The notes: generated from the letters alone by a model not told the origin. Positions 53,074 through 62,428 are shown, counted from the first letter of the stretch. The stretch is 64,000 nucleotides of DNA from Candidatus Woesearchaeota archaeon (GCA_964344555.1 CAYFNK010000004.1:494-64493), one strand, 5' to 3'. Made by a program: numbers and translations.

Positions 53074-53310
53074 TTATTTAGTTTTTTTGTTGTAATCGTG
53101 AATTCTTAATTTCTTTTCAGCGTATTCTGTAGCTTTTCTCCAAAACTCTATAGGATCAGATCTGTATAATTCTATTTCTTTTTTCTGAAATTCATTGTAA
53201 TAAATGCATTTTAAACGATCATATTCGTTGACAGGAATATCAAGTTTTTCTTCTTCTATTTTTTCCTCTAAACTTTCTTTTTTTTGGTTTTTTTTCTTTA
53301 AAAACTTCAT
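53074..53310 (-). CDS. Small Lys/Glu-rich hypothetical protein
   Basis: 78-aa ORF. Confidence 0.35.
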   Translation of the reverse strand: MKFLKKKNQKKESLEEKIEEEKLDIPVNEYDRLKCIYYNEFQKKEIELYRSDPIEFWRKATEYAEKKLRIHDYNKKTK

Positions 53311-53438
53311 AGTCTTGATAATTTTATAGAGGTGTAATTATTAAATCTTGTTAATATGATATTAATTTGTTGCTTTTAGTTAACTTTATATAGTAGCTAT
53401 TCGGGCTAATTCTATCAATCAAAAGGAGTACAAAATAA

Positions 53439-53732
53439 ATGAAAGGAAAAGTTAAATTTTTCAATGCAACTAAAGGTTTTGGTTTCGTTGCTGCTGAAGA
53501 TGGAAAAGAATACTTTGTACACATCTCCGGATTAAAAGAAGGAGAAAAATTGTATGAAGATGACGCTGTTACCTTCGATGTTGAAGAAGGTGAAAGAGGT
53601 CCTAAGGCAGTTAATGTTGCAAAAGATGATTCTGGTGAAGAGTCTGCTGCAGAAGAACCGATGGAAGAAGCTGCTGAAGAAGAATCCGAAGAAGCTAGTG
53701 AAGAACCTGCTGAAGAAGAATCCGAAGAATAA
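53439..53732 (+). CDS. csp: Cold-shock domain protein with a 35-aa polyacidic C-terminal tail
   Basis: [16 protein letters not shown] (RNP1) and EYFVHISGL (RNP2-like). Tail [40 protein letters not shown] lies 10 nt upstream of the ATG. Confidence 0.85.
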   Translation: MKGKVKFFNATKGFGFVAAEDGKEYFVHISGLKEGEKLYEDDAVTFDVEEGERGPKAVNVAKDDSGEESAAEEPMEEAAEEESEEASEEPAEEESEE

Positions 53733-53925
53733 TTAATATCACAAAATCATATTAATTTCTCAAATTTTTTTTATTTTTTATATAATGTTGGAAGTTTTTG
53801 TCTCTTTTTTCACACCTATCTTATGTATAAGTCTAAAAGCGTCCAGAAACTTCCAAGTTTGGAATTATTTCTTAATTTAAAATATTTATGAAAAAAATTA
53901 TAAAGGATTAAATAATAATAATCTT

Positions 53926-54132
53926 ATGAGAGAAAAGAGGTCTAGAAGTTTATTAAAAGGTGTTAGTTATAGGGCCCTGGCTATAATTGCTAGCATGTTG
54001 TTTGTTTATTTCTTAACTGAGAGCTATCAAATTGCTATTGCTCTTGGTATTTTTGAAACGGTGTTTAAGATATTTTTGTATTATATGCACGAAAGAGCTT
54101 GGAATCTTGTTATGTGGGGGAAGAGTAAATGA
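53926..54132 (+). CDS. DUF2061-like small membrane protein
   Basis: RSLLKGVSYRALAIIASMLFVYFLT...ETVFKIFLYYMHERAWN. Confidence 0.55.
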   Translation: MREKRSRSLLKGVSYRALAIIASMLFVYFLTESYQIAIALGIFETVFKIFLYYMHERAWNLVMWGKSK

Positions 54133-54290
54133 AAATCTTAGATAAGCTACCTAAAGATTATACATATGATCTTCCTTTGGAAGAATTAGATAATGAAAAT
54201 TTGAATGCTAAGATTATGATTGATGTATTTAAGGAATTAAGTTATAGGCTTGAAAGAAATCCAGGAAGATGCCCTTGGTGTAAACATTAG
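54129..54290 (+). CDS. Unlisted 53-aa ORF (hypothetical)
   Basis: ATGA overlap with the previous stop. MKILDKLPKDYTYDLPLEELDNENLNAKIMIDVFKELSYRLERNPGRCPWCKH. Confidence 0.3.
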   Translation: MKILDKLPKDYTYDLPLEELDNENLNAKIMIDVFKELSYRLERNPGRCPWCKH

Positions 54291-54327
54291 TTAGCTTTTT
54301 ATATTAATTATATTTGTTAAATCTAAA

Positions 54328-54888
54328 ATGGAATACAAAGCAGAAAATTATGATAATTTATTAGGTTTGGAAGGTTTTAGTGATGATTTGTTGAATAATC
54401 ATTTTACACTGTATCAAGGATATGTAACAAATACAAATAATGTTCTTAAATTGTTAAAAAAAGCTGATGTTTATGAATATGGTGAGCTCAAAAGAAGATT
54501 TGGCTGGGAATTTAATGGGATGAGGTTACATGAGTTGTATTTTGATAACCTGAGTAAAAATTCTAGTTCTTTGGATAAGAGTTCTGAGTTGTATAAAAAA
54601 ATAGTTAGTGATTTTGGTTCTTTTGAGAACTGGAAAAAAGATTTCAAATCTTCGGGGGGAATGAGGGGAATTGGATGGGTTGTTTTAGCTTATGATAAAG
54701 ATGCTGATAAGTTGTTTAATATTTGGATTAATGAACATGATATTGGACATTTGATAGGTGCCTCTCCTTTATTAGTTATGGATGTTTTTGAACATGCCTT
54801 TATGATGGATTATGGATTGAAGAAGGCAGAATATATTGAAGCGTTCTTTAAAGCTATTGATTGGAATGTAGTTTCTGAAAGACTCTAG
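54328..54888 (+). CDS. sod: Fe/Mn-family superoxide dismutase-like protein
   Basis: FNGMRLHELYF (cf. FNGGGHxNHSxFW), GWVVLAYD, and PLLVMDVFEHAFMMDY (cf. DVWEHAYY). The N-terminal His cluster is atypical (NNHFTLYQGYV). Confidence 0.75.
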   Translation: MEYKAENYDNLLGLEGFSDDLLNNHFTLYQGYVTNTNNVLKLLKKADVYEYGELKRRFGWEFNGMRLHELYFDNLSKNSSSLDKSSELYKKIVSDFGSFENWKKDFKSSGGMRGIGWVVLAYDKDADKLFNIWINEHDIGHLIGASPLLVMDVFEHAFMMDYGLKKAEYIEAFFKAIDWNVVSERL

Positions 54889-55925
54889 AAATCTAAAACA
54901 ATATTCAGTCTTTCTTTTACTCTTTTTTCTATTTCTTCTAATTTATTGTTTTTCTTTTTCTTTATTTTACCTGTTCTTCTTCTTTCTTTTAATAAATGTC
55001 CTGAAGTTGTGAAGAATTCGTCTAATAATAAATCTTCTAGTGTGTAAAGTTGTACTTCTATTATTGGGTCTAGGGGATAATTTAATGTTCTTAGATAATG
55101 TTTTATGTGATTTATATTTGTATTATTTTCTGCAGTATAATCTATCTTTTTTACTGAAATCCATTCTGTTGCTCTTTTAGAATTTTTTTCTAGTTGTCCT
55201 TCATATGTAACTAAGTCATTTAGTTTGGACCTCATATTTTTGTCTAATTTTGGTACACATATTCTAATTCCAAACAAATCTCTTAAATTGTAATTTATTC
55301 TGTAGAAATTTTTTGGATATATACTTGTAGTTTCTAAATCTGATATTGTTTTACTTGTTAGTTTTTCTATTATCGATTCTTTTGATTTTTGTCTTTGAAA
55401 TATTGAATGAAAATTGTAGTGTTGATTTGGATTGTTTTGTACTAGGAAATCACATTTAGAAAAATTTATTCTTTCTAACATATTGTAAAAATGTTTATCT
55501 TCCTTTGAATCTTTTTTTTCTATCTTTTGTCTCCAATTGTGAGTATAGAGACATAATTCTATGTATTTATTGTCTTTTTCTGTTCTTACTAGTGGGTGTT
55601 TTCTGTTATGAGTTTGTTCTCCTTTGTGATATATTCTATAGAATTTTTTTAATTTATTAATCATATTTGTTGGTCTTTTTCTCATTAAGTTGTCTAATAA
55701 ATCATATCTATTTTCTATTTTAACCGCTGTTAGTCTTGATCCATAATTTCTTGCTAAAACGTGAGTTTGGAATTTATTTAATAATTCATAACCAACTTCA
55801 AATCTTTCTTCTAAATGTTTGTTAATTTCTTTTAATTCCCTTTTAAGAAGCTTATAAGAATTATATGGATCGATAGCATAGTTTAGAATTCTTCCTGTTT
55901 CTAACATTTCTATGTCTAACTTCAT
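54885..55925 (-). CDS. Divergent RelA/SpoT-domain (small alarmone synthetase-like) nucleotidyltransferase
   Basis: RQKSKESIIEKLTSK (cf. RxKSxxSIxEKxxRK), LRDLFGIRICVP (cf. DxxGxRxI), KIDYTAENN, and IIEVQLYTLEDLLLDEF (cf. EIQIRTxxMxxWA). Confidence 0.55.
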   Translation of the reverse strand: MKLDIEMLETGRILNYAIDPYNSYKLLKRELKEINKHLEERFEVGYELLNKFQTHVLARNYGSRLTAVKIENRYDLLDNLMRKRPTNMINKLKKFYRIYHKGEQTHNRKHPLVRTEKDNKYIELCLYTHNWRQKIEKKDSKEDKHFYNMLERINFSKCDFLVQNNPNQHYNFHSIFQRQKSKESIIEKLTSKTISDLETTSIYPKNFYRINYNLRDLFGIRICVPKLDKNMRSKLNDLVTYEGQLEKNSKRATEWISVKKIDYTAENNTNINHIKHYLRTLNYPLDPIIEVQLYTLEDLLLDEFFTTSGHLLKERRRTGKIKKKKNNKLEEIEKRVKERLNIVLDF

Positions 55926-55957
55926 AAATAATCGACTTAGATGGAGCTTATAAAACT

Positions 55958-56426
55958 TTATTTCAGAACTTTATTTGTTTCTAAGTACCAAATGTAAAGA
56001 TCTAGCTCTGCCATAGAAAGATTTGTTTTTTCACAGAATGAATTTAGTTTAGATTCTATCTTTTTGTAGTTGTTTTTATTTAGTGTTTTTGGTATTTCTT
56101 TTATTAGTTTATTTTCTTTCATTGATCTTAGAATATGTCTGTCTAGTATTGCTAGATTTTTGTATCCTACGTTTCTTAGGAAATGTGAGGCTTCTTTGTA
56201 TCCAAAACCTTTAATGTTGTTTACTAGCCAATTTCTTGCTTTTTTTCTTCTTTGTTTTTTATTATTTTTTTTATTTTATTTTGTTTTCTTGCTTCAACTA
56301 TGTATTTGGCTTTGTTGTTATGAAATCATTGTTTTTGTCGTGAAATGATTCGAATTCCTTTATTCTTGTATTTATCTTTTCTTTAGTTTTTGAGTTTATG
56401 TTGTTTATTTGTTGGATTAGGTTCAT
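55958..56426 (-). pseudogene. ogg: Decayed archaeal Ogg-type N-glycosylase/DNA lyase (HhH-GPD): internal deletion plus homopolymer frameshift
   Basis: Three frame fragments are present. (1) [42 protein letters not shown]. (2) ...AKYIVEARKQNKIKKIIKNKEEKK. (3) ARNWLVNNIKGFGYKEASHFLRNVGYKNLAILDRHILRSM...MAELDLYIWYLETNKVLK*. The shift between fragments 2 and 3 falls in the T7 run at 56240..56246. Confidence 0.75.
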
Positions 56427-57070
56427 CTTGAAGTTTTCACTTTAATTTTTTTGCATTCTTTGTAAACTGGACATCTACTACAAAAAGGAGAAAGTGGTGT
56501 GCACGTATTTTGACCAAATGCTACTAATATTGAGTTTATACTTTTCCAATATTCTTTTGGAAGTTTTTTTCTTAATCTCATTTCTGTTTCATGAGGAGTT
56601 TTTGTTTTTATGTATCCCAATCTATTCATAATTCTGTGAACGTGCGTGTCTACACAAATTGCATGTTTATCAAAGGCTACTGCAACTACAAGATTTGCTG
56701 TTTTTCTTCCTACTCCAGGAAGTTTAATTAATTCTTCAACAGTTTCTGGAATCTTATTATTGAATTCTTTTAATGCTTTAGGTAATAATTTTAGATTTTT
56801 AGCCTTAGTTTTGTAAAAACCAACAGGATAAATTAGTTTTTCAAGTTCTTTTTTAGATATTTTTTCTAAATCTTTTATTTTCTCTACTTCAGTAAATAAT
56901 TTTTTTGCAGCTAAGTGCGTAACTTCATCTTTAGTTCTTGCAGATAATATTGTTGTAAGTAAAACTTTGAAAGAATTTTTTGTTTGAACTTGAATTATAT
57001 CTACTACCGGAACATCATAATTTACTACTTCTTTCTTTAAAATTTTGTAGACTTTGTCTATATTTGTCAT
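56423..57070 (-). CDS. nth: Endonuclease III
   Basis: Hh[13 protein letters not shown], catalytic K/D region VDTHVHRI, and Fe-S cluster [17 protein letters not shown]. Confidence 0.9.
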   Translation of the reverse strand: MTNIDKVYKILKKEVVNYDVPVVDIIQVQTKNSFKVLLTTILSARTKDEVTHLAAKKLFTEVEKIKDLEKISKKELEKLIYPVGFYKTKAKNLKLLPKALKEFNNKIPETVEELIKLPGVGRKTANLVVAVAFDKHAICVDTHVHRIMNRLGYIKTKTPHETEMRLRKKLPKEYWKSINSILVAFGQNTCTPLSPFCSRCPVYKECKKIKVKTSR

Positions 57071-57528
57071 TATAAACTTTTTATAAATTCTAGAACTTCG
57101 TTAGAGTGTGTTAATGGTTTTACCTTATCGTATATTTTAATTATTTTTTTACTTTTATTTAAAATGAATGTGGTTCTTGATATTCCCATGAATTTTCTTC
57201 CCATGAAAGATTTTTCACCATAAACTCCGTATTTATCTGAAACTTTGTAATCTGTGTCTGATAATAATGTAAATTCTAAGTTGTGAGTATCACAGAATTT
57301 AGTTTTTGATTTTTCATCTCCTCCAGAAATTCCAATTATAGTGGTATTTAGTTTTTTGAAGTGTTTTAAGTATTTGTTAAATTCATTAGCTTCTATTGTG
57401 CAACCAGGAGTATTATCTCTTGGATAAAAATAAATTATAGTATACTTTGATTTTATATCTTTTAGAGAATGGATTTTACAGTCTTTGTCTTTCAATGAGA
57501 ATTCTGGTGCCTTATTTCCAAGTTTCAT
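57070..57528 (-). CDS. bcp: Peroxiredoxin (Bcp type)
   Basis: [18 protein letters not shown]. Its stop shares 1 nt with the nth start. Confidence 0.85.
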   Translation of the reverse strand: MKLGNKAPEFSLKDKDCKIHSLKDIKSKYTIIYFYPRDNTPGCTIEANEFNKYLKHFKKLNTTIIGISGGDEKSKTKFCDTHNLEFTLLSDTDYKVSDKYGVYGEKSFMGRKFMGISRTTFILNKSKKIIKIYDKVKPLTHSNEVLEFIKSL

Positions 57529-57593
57529 ATGTATTTTACTATAATCTTCTTTATAAAATTTTGTTTATCTATTTTTGTTGGGATAGTTGAAAA

Positions 57594-57905
57594 ATGTCAG
57601 ATAGAAGATATATAGATAGATTGAGAGAATGGATAGAGTCTCTAAGTGATATTAGTTATTATAGAGATGAATATGATAACGTTTGTTATGGTAATTCTAA
57701 GCAGAAACATATAGTTCATTTGCATGCCTATAATTTACACGCAGATATTGAAGTGAATGATTCTGATAAATTTAAAGAATATTTAGAGAAGTATGAACTT
57801 AGGTCTCATGAATGGAATCCAGATAAGTGGTTGATTGTTGATGTTGATGATTGGAAAAAATATGATGTTGCTAAGGAAATAATACATCATGTTTATGATA
57901 GTTAG
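57594..57905 (+). CDS. Hypothetical protein
   Basis: 103-aa acidic ORF. Confidence 0.35.
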   Translation: MSDRRYIDRLREWIESLSDISYYRDEYDNVCYGNSKQKHIVHLHAYNLHADIEVNDSDKFKEYLEKYELRSHEWNPDKWLIVDVDDWKKYDVAKEIIHHVYDS

Positions 57906-57938
57906 ATTTTTATATTCTAATTTTTAGAAAAAAATAGG

Positions 57939-58148
57939 ATGAAACGTAATAAATATTATCCTAGCCATTATATTGATGGAGTTAGAAAAAGAAATTGTGT
58001 TAAAAAGAGAGTGACGAGGGATAAAGAAATAAGAGATTGTAGTTTAACTGAAATTCTTGAGGGTTTGGAATATATTGATGATAAAAACTTAGTACATAAT
58101 TATTTGAGAAGTTATTATAATCCTCAAACTTATTTTAAGAATTTTTGA
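57939..58148 (+). CDS. Small basic hypothetical protein
   Basis: 69-aa ORF. Confidence 0.3.
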   Translation: MKRNKYYPSHYIDGVRKRNCVKKRVTRDKEIRDCSLTEILEGLEYIDDKNLVHNYLRSYYNPQTYFKNF

Positions 58149-59117
58149 TTATCTTTCCTGAAGAGTATTTCCATTAAGATTATTGTTTAATCTATATGTT
58201 AAATAGAATCTTGCTCTTGCTCCTTGATCTTTAGTTAAAAATTCTCTGTCTCCATATCTACTCATTAGGTTATCTAGTGGTGGCGTATAATCTGGCCCAC
58301 ATTCTTCGTATTCACTTTGTTCTTCTCCAGGTTTCTGTGTTTGAAAGATATAGCTGCATTCTAATGCTTCTTCACAAAAAGTATAACAATCATATGAAGT
58401 ATCACATATATAGTCTCCAATTTTGTAACATTCTTCTGCTGAGTTTGCCCAGTTCGGAGGACCACTAACAGGATAGTCGTCTGTTTCTACAGGAGTTAAG
58501 CCTTCTATGCTGTCTCTTGGAGGTGCCTGACTATCTTTGTGTGTATGTCTAAGTCCTAGGGCATGGCCAAGTTCATGAGAAGGGATAAAACTAGTTTCTA
58601 AAGTTGTTGCCCTAACTGTTGTTAAATGATATTCTGAATTTGTCCAAGGATAATGACTATAAGCCCCCCAGCCGTCTGTGACTAAAACTATGTTTAGATT
58701 AGTAGGATTGTAATTGTTTTTGAATTCTTCTCCTAAATCAGACACTGAAACTCCATCTCCATATTCTATTGTTGTTTCTCCTGCTGTGTTTTCTGTTTCT
58801 CCAAGTTCTGGAAATTGAGAGTTTACGTATATTGCTTCTTCTAGTTCAAAGTTTATTCCATGGGAGTTGTAAACAGTGTTTATTAGATCTATCCCTTTTT
58901 GTATTGATTCTTCATTAGATATGTATTGATTATTGTCTTTGTAAACGAAAAAAGTTAAACCTATTGTTTTTGAAGGTCCGTTTAAACAGTTTAAGCCAGG
59001 ATATGGAAACTCTTCGGATGTTTCTTCCCAGTATTCATATTCATTACAGTAATCTGTTTCTTGTGAACAACTACTTATTAGAATTAGGGTTAGGATTATA
59101 ATTATCTCTTTTTTCAT
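58149..59117 (-). CDS. Secreted zinc metalloprotease lipoprotein (metzincin/M43-like)
   Basis: Signal plus lipobox LILISSC. HELGHALGLRHTH is the HExxHxxGxxH zinc site. Multiple Cys in the C-terminal part. Confidence 0.75.
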   Translation of the reverse strand: MKKEIIIILTLILISSCSQETDYCNEYEYWEETSEEFPYPGLNCLNGPSKTIGLTFFVYKDNNQYISNEESIQKGIDLINTVYNSHGINFELEEAIYVNSQFPELGETENTAGETTIEYGDGVSVSDLGEEFKNNYNPTNLNIVLVTDGWGAYSHYPWTNSEYHLTTVRATTLETSFIPSHELGHALGLRHTHKDSQAPPRDSIEGLTPVETDDYPVSGPPNWANSAEECYKIGDYICDTSYDCYTFCEEALECSYIFQTQKPGEEQSEYEECGPDYTPPLDNLMSRYGDREFLTKDQGARARFYLTYRLNNNLNGNTLQER

Positions 59118-59182
59118 TATTTTATCTTGAATTTGTTATTTTAAAAAGTTAATCTTTTATACTAAGTTATTAAATCATAACT

Positions 59183-59314
59183 ATGAGAGTATATTATACT
59201 CCAAGATGTAGTAAGTGTAGAATTGCTAAAGCCTTTTTAGGAAAAAATAATCTTAAATTTGAAATTGCATCATATATTACCTATCATAATTTATTTTTTA
59301 AAATAGATTTCTAA
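59183..59314 (+). pseudogene. Possible N-terminal fragment of an ArsC/Spx/YffB-family thioredoxin-fold protein
   Basis: The 43-aa ORF MRVYYTPRCSKCRIAKAFLGKNNLKFEIASY... resembles the first beta-alpha-beta of the family (about 115 aa expected) and then terminates. Confidence 0.3.
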
Positions 59315-59401
59315 GTTTTGAGTATGAAAAGAATTTACCTTTTATACTGAGATAGTTTTTTATAATAAGTATTAATTCTGAGGAAAAATAGTAATATTTA
59401 A

Positions 59402-59680
59402 ATGGTAAGATATTCTTACTTTATTAAAATGGAAGTAACTAAAATAAGCTCAAAGGGACAGATTGTAATTCCTGAAGAAATAAGAGAAGATATTGAAGTT
59501 GGTACTGCCTTTGTTGTTTCAAAACATAATAATATGATTATATTGAAAAAAGTTGAAGGTCTTTCTGAAAAGGAAATTAAGGAATTAAAAGAACTTAATA
59601 ATATATGGAAAGATATCGATGCAGGTAAGTGTGAATCTTATAGTGAAAAAAAATTCTTTGAAAAGTTAAAAGAATGGTAA
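59402..59680 (+). CDS. AbrB/SpoVT-domain antitoxin (probable start at 59429)
   Basis: MEVTKISSKGQIVIPEEIRE is the swapped-hairpin AbrB/MazE signature. Overlaps the toxin gene by 7 nt. Confidence 0.75.
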   Translation: MVRYSYFIKMEVTKISSKGQIVIPEEIREDIEVGTAFVVSKHNNMIILKKVEGLSEKEIKELKELNNIWKDIDAGKCESYSEKKFFEKLKEW

Positions 59681-59913
59681 GAATTATACCTTCTAAGAAA
59701 TCTTTTAAAGATGTAAAAAAGCTAGATAATGTTTTGAGAGAAAAATTAGAAAAACAAATTAAAAAAATTATAGAAACTCCTCAACTGGGTAAACCTCTGA
59801 GATATAAACGTGGAGAACGTTCTTTGTATGTCAAACCTTTTAGATTGATATATGCGGTTAGAGGCGGTGATTTAATTCTTTTAAAGTTTGATCACAGAAA
59901 AGAAGTTTATTAG
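59674..59913 (+). CDS. RelE/ParE-family toxin
   Basis: 79 aa, with GKPLRYKRGERSLYVKPFRLIYAVRGGDLILLKFDHRKEVY typical of the RelE/YoeB-like fold. Confidence 0.75.
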   Translation: MVRIIPSKKSFKDVKKLDNVLREKLEKQIKKIIETPQLGKPLRYKRGERSLYVKPFRLIYAVRGGDLILLKFDHRKEVY

Positions 59914-59946
59914 TTAGGTTTTTATAATAATACCTAACTCTAATTT

Positions 59947-62403
59947 TTGATGAAAAAGAATTTGATTTTGGTTTTGTTATTGGTAGTTTCTTCTGTTTGT
60001 GCTGAAGAAGAATATTCTTTTGAGAAAGCTGAAGAATTAAAACCTTTAATTGAGTGGAGAGATTATAGTTCTGAAGCATTTCAGGAAGCATTGGATGAAA
60101 ATAAGCCTGTTTTTCTTTTGTTGACTGCCCCTTCTTGGTGTTATTGGTGTCAAGTATATGAAAGTGAAGATTATTTGTTTAATTCTAGAGTTGTTGAACT
60201 TCTAAATGAGGAATTTATTCCGGTTTATGTTGATGCAGATAAGAGGCAAGATTTAACTAGACAGTATCTTGAAGGGGGTTGGCCTTCTACTACAGTAATG
60301 ACTCCTTCTGGTGAAAGAATATATGGTTATTCTGGACCAAGGGCTGTAGATAATATGCTTGCCAATTTGGATCAGGCTGTTAACTATGTTAAGACTTCAT
60401 CCTCTAATCTTGTTATTAATTATAACTATGAAAAAAAAGAACAAGTAATACCTACTGAAGACCAATTGAACAATCTAATAAATAATTATCAATATACTCT
60501 ATTAGGTTCTTATGATTATGTTTATGGTGGGTTTGGTTCTGGTCAAAAATTTCCTCAAGGCAGAAGTTTAGATTATTCTTTGGAATTATACGAAAAAACT
60601 GAAGATGAACAATGGTTGAATTTAGTAAAAAATACTTTAGAAAATCAGTATACTAGTATTGGAGATTTGGATACTAATTATAATTTATTTGATCCTGTTG
60701 AAGGTGGATTTCACAGGTATGGTACTGAACGAGATTGGACCCCTCCGCATTATGAAAAAATGTTGTATGATAATGTAAGATTGCTGAAAACTTATTATCA
60801 TTTAAGGCAAATTGAAGATTATCCTTTAGTTAATGAAGTTGTTGATAAGACTTTAGAGTATATTGAATTAAATTATTATGATTCTAATGGTGGGTTTTAT
60901 GGTAATACAGATGTTAATGGTGAAGATGCTTATTATGGTAAGATTGAAAGAGGAGAGAAAGCGAGAGTAGAAAAAACAAAGTATACTGATTGGAATTCTG
61001 AGGCGATTTTGACTTATCTTTATTTATATGATGTTAATGGAGATTCTAAGTATAAAGAAATGGCTTCTAAATCTTTGGACTTTTTTGCTGATGAAATGAT
61101 TGAGGAAGGTGCCTATCATTATTTTGATGGTGAAAAAGGAGTTAGAGGTAATTTACTAGACAATTCTTACTTAATGTTAGCTTTTGTTGAAGGTTATGAA
61201 GTTTTGAATAATGAAAGATATTTATTTATGGCTAAAAGATTAGCTGATTATAGTTTAGATAATTTATATGATTGGAACTCTGGTGGATTTTTTGAAAGAA
61301 ATAGTCCTGATGTTGGCATCTATGCTTTAGGAGACAATGTTTTGTTATCTAAACCTAGTCAAGAGAATGGAGTTATTACTTATGCTTTGCTTAAACTTTA
61401 TTCTGTTGAAAATGATGTTATATATTTAGGTTCTGCTATTAGAACATTAGGGATAAACGAAATTAGTAGTTTGGATAGAGGATACTATTCTGTTAAATCT
61501 GCTGAATATATCTTAGAAAATGATTTGTTAGAGCTTGATTTGTCTGAATTTAATGATATTGAAGACTTAGAACTAGAAAGTTTTTGGTTAAGTGATTTGC
61601 TAGAGGATAAACTTACTAATTTTGTCGTTTCTAATGAAGGTTTAGAAGTTTTAGATGGATCCTTAATTATATTGATATTGATTGCTTTGTTTGCAGGTTT
61701 GATTTCCTTTGCTTCACCATGCAGTTTGCCAATAATTCCTGCTTATGTTGCTTATGCTTTTAATTCTTCAAAGAAAAATATTAAGGGAATGACTTTGAGC
61801 TTCTTTTTAGGTTTAAGTCTGGTTTTTATTTTGTTAGGAATGACTTCTACTTTTATTGGGCAATTTTTGAAGTCTAATATTTTGTTGTTCTCTAAATTTG
61901 CTGGTTTAGTTTTAATTTTCTTTGGTTTGTATATTTTGTCAGAAAGAGGTTTCTCAGGTTTTAGTGTTAAAAGAAATAAACCTAAATCTTATTTTGGATC
62001 TTTTTTATTTGGTGCTATGTTTAGTTTATCTTGGACTCCGTGTGTCGGCCCTATTTTAGTTGCTATTCTGTTGTTGGCTTCTACAGTAGGCTCTGTTTTG
62101 AATGGTGGTGTTTTATTATTGTTTTATTCTATTGGTTTGGCACTACCTTTGGTTTTAATATCTTTATATTTAGATAAAGTTGATAAGAGCTCTAAATTGT
62201 GGAGATTTATTGAGGGTAAGGAGTTGAAAATTGGTAGACTTAAAATCCATAGGAATACTTTGATTTCTGGTTTGTTATTTGTTATTTTGGGTTATTTGAT
62301 TTATTCTGGAGTTCTTTATAGTTTTAATCAATATATTACTTCTAGCTTCTTGCAGGAATTTATATTTGATGTTGAAGATAGGTTATTAAGTCTTATTAGA
62401 TAG
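59947..62403 (+). CDS. Fusion protein: signal peptide, thioredoxin-like DUF255/YyaL domain with (alpha/alpha)6-like region, and a C-terminal CcdA/DsbD transmembrane thiol-disulfide transporter
   Basis: KPVFLLLTAPSWCYWCQVYESE...YVDADKRQDLTRQY (DUF255 with CxxC), GGFGSGQKFPQ, then FASPCSLPIIPAYVAY and SWTPCVGPIL (CcdA motifs). The ATG at 59950 is the likely start. Confidence 0.75.
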   Translation: MMKKNLILVLLLVVSSVCAEEEYSFEKAEELKPLIEWRDYSSEAFQEALDENKPVFLLLTAPSWCYWCQVYESEDYLFNSRVVELLNEEFIPVYVDADKRQDLTRQYLEGGWPSTTVMTPSGERIYGYSGPRAVDNMLANLDQAVNYVKTSSSNLVINYNYEKKEQVIPTEDQLNNLINNYQYTLLGSYDYVYGGFGSGQKFPQGRSLDYSLELYEKTEDEQWLNLVKNTLENQYTSIGDLDTNYNLFDPVEGGFHRYGTERDWTPPHYEKMLYDNVRLLKTYYHLRQIEDYPLVNEVVDKTLEYIELNYYDSNGGFYGNTDVNGEDAYYGKIERGEKARVEKTKYTDWNSEAILTYLYLYDVNGDSKYKEMASKSLDFFADEMIEEGAYHYFDGEKGVRGNLLDNSYLMLAFVEGYEVLNNERYLFMAKRLADYSLDNLYDWNSGGFFERNSPDVGIYALGDNVLLSKPSQENGVITYALLKLYSVENDVIYLGSAIRTLGINEISSLDRGYYSVKSAEYILENDLLELDLSEFNDIEDLELESFWLSDLLEDKLTNFVVSNEGLEVLDGSLIILILIALFAGLISFASPCSLPIIPAYVAYAFNSSKKNIKGMTLSFFLGLSLVFILLGMTSTFIGQFLKSNILLFSKFAGLVLIFFGLYILSERGFSGFSVKRNKPKSYFGSFLFGAMFSLSWTPCVGPILVAILLLASTVGSVLNGGVLLLFYSIGLALPLVLISLYLDKVDKSSKLWRFIEGKELKIGRLKIHRNTLISGLLFVILGYLIYSGVLYSFNQYITSSFLQEFIFDVEDRLLSLIR

Positions 62404-62428
62404 GTTTTTAAATTGTTCTTAATCTTTT

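Noticed and set aside
56070-56348. Plus-strand 92-aa ORF (TTG start).
   Set aside because: It is antisense to the ogg pseudogene. It is a Phe/Leu-rich translation of a T-rich strand, while the minus strand carries an unmistakable HhH-GPD sequence.
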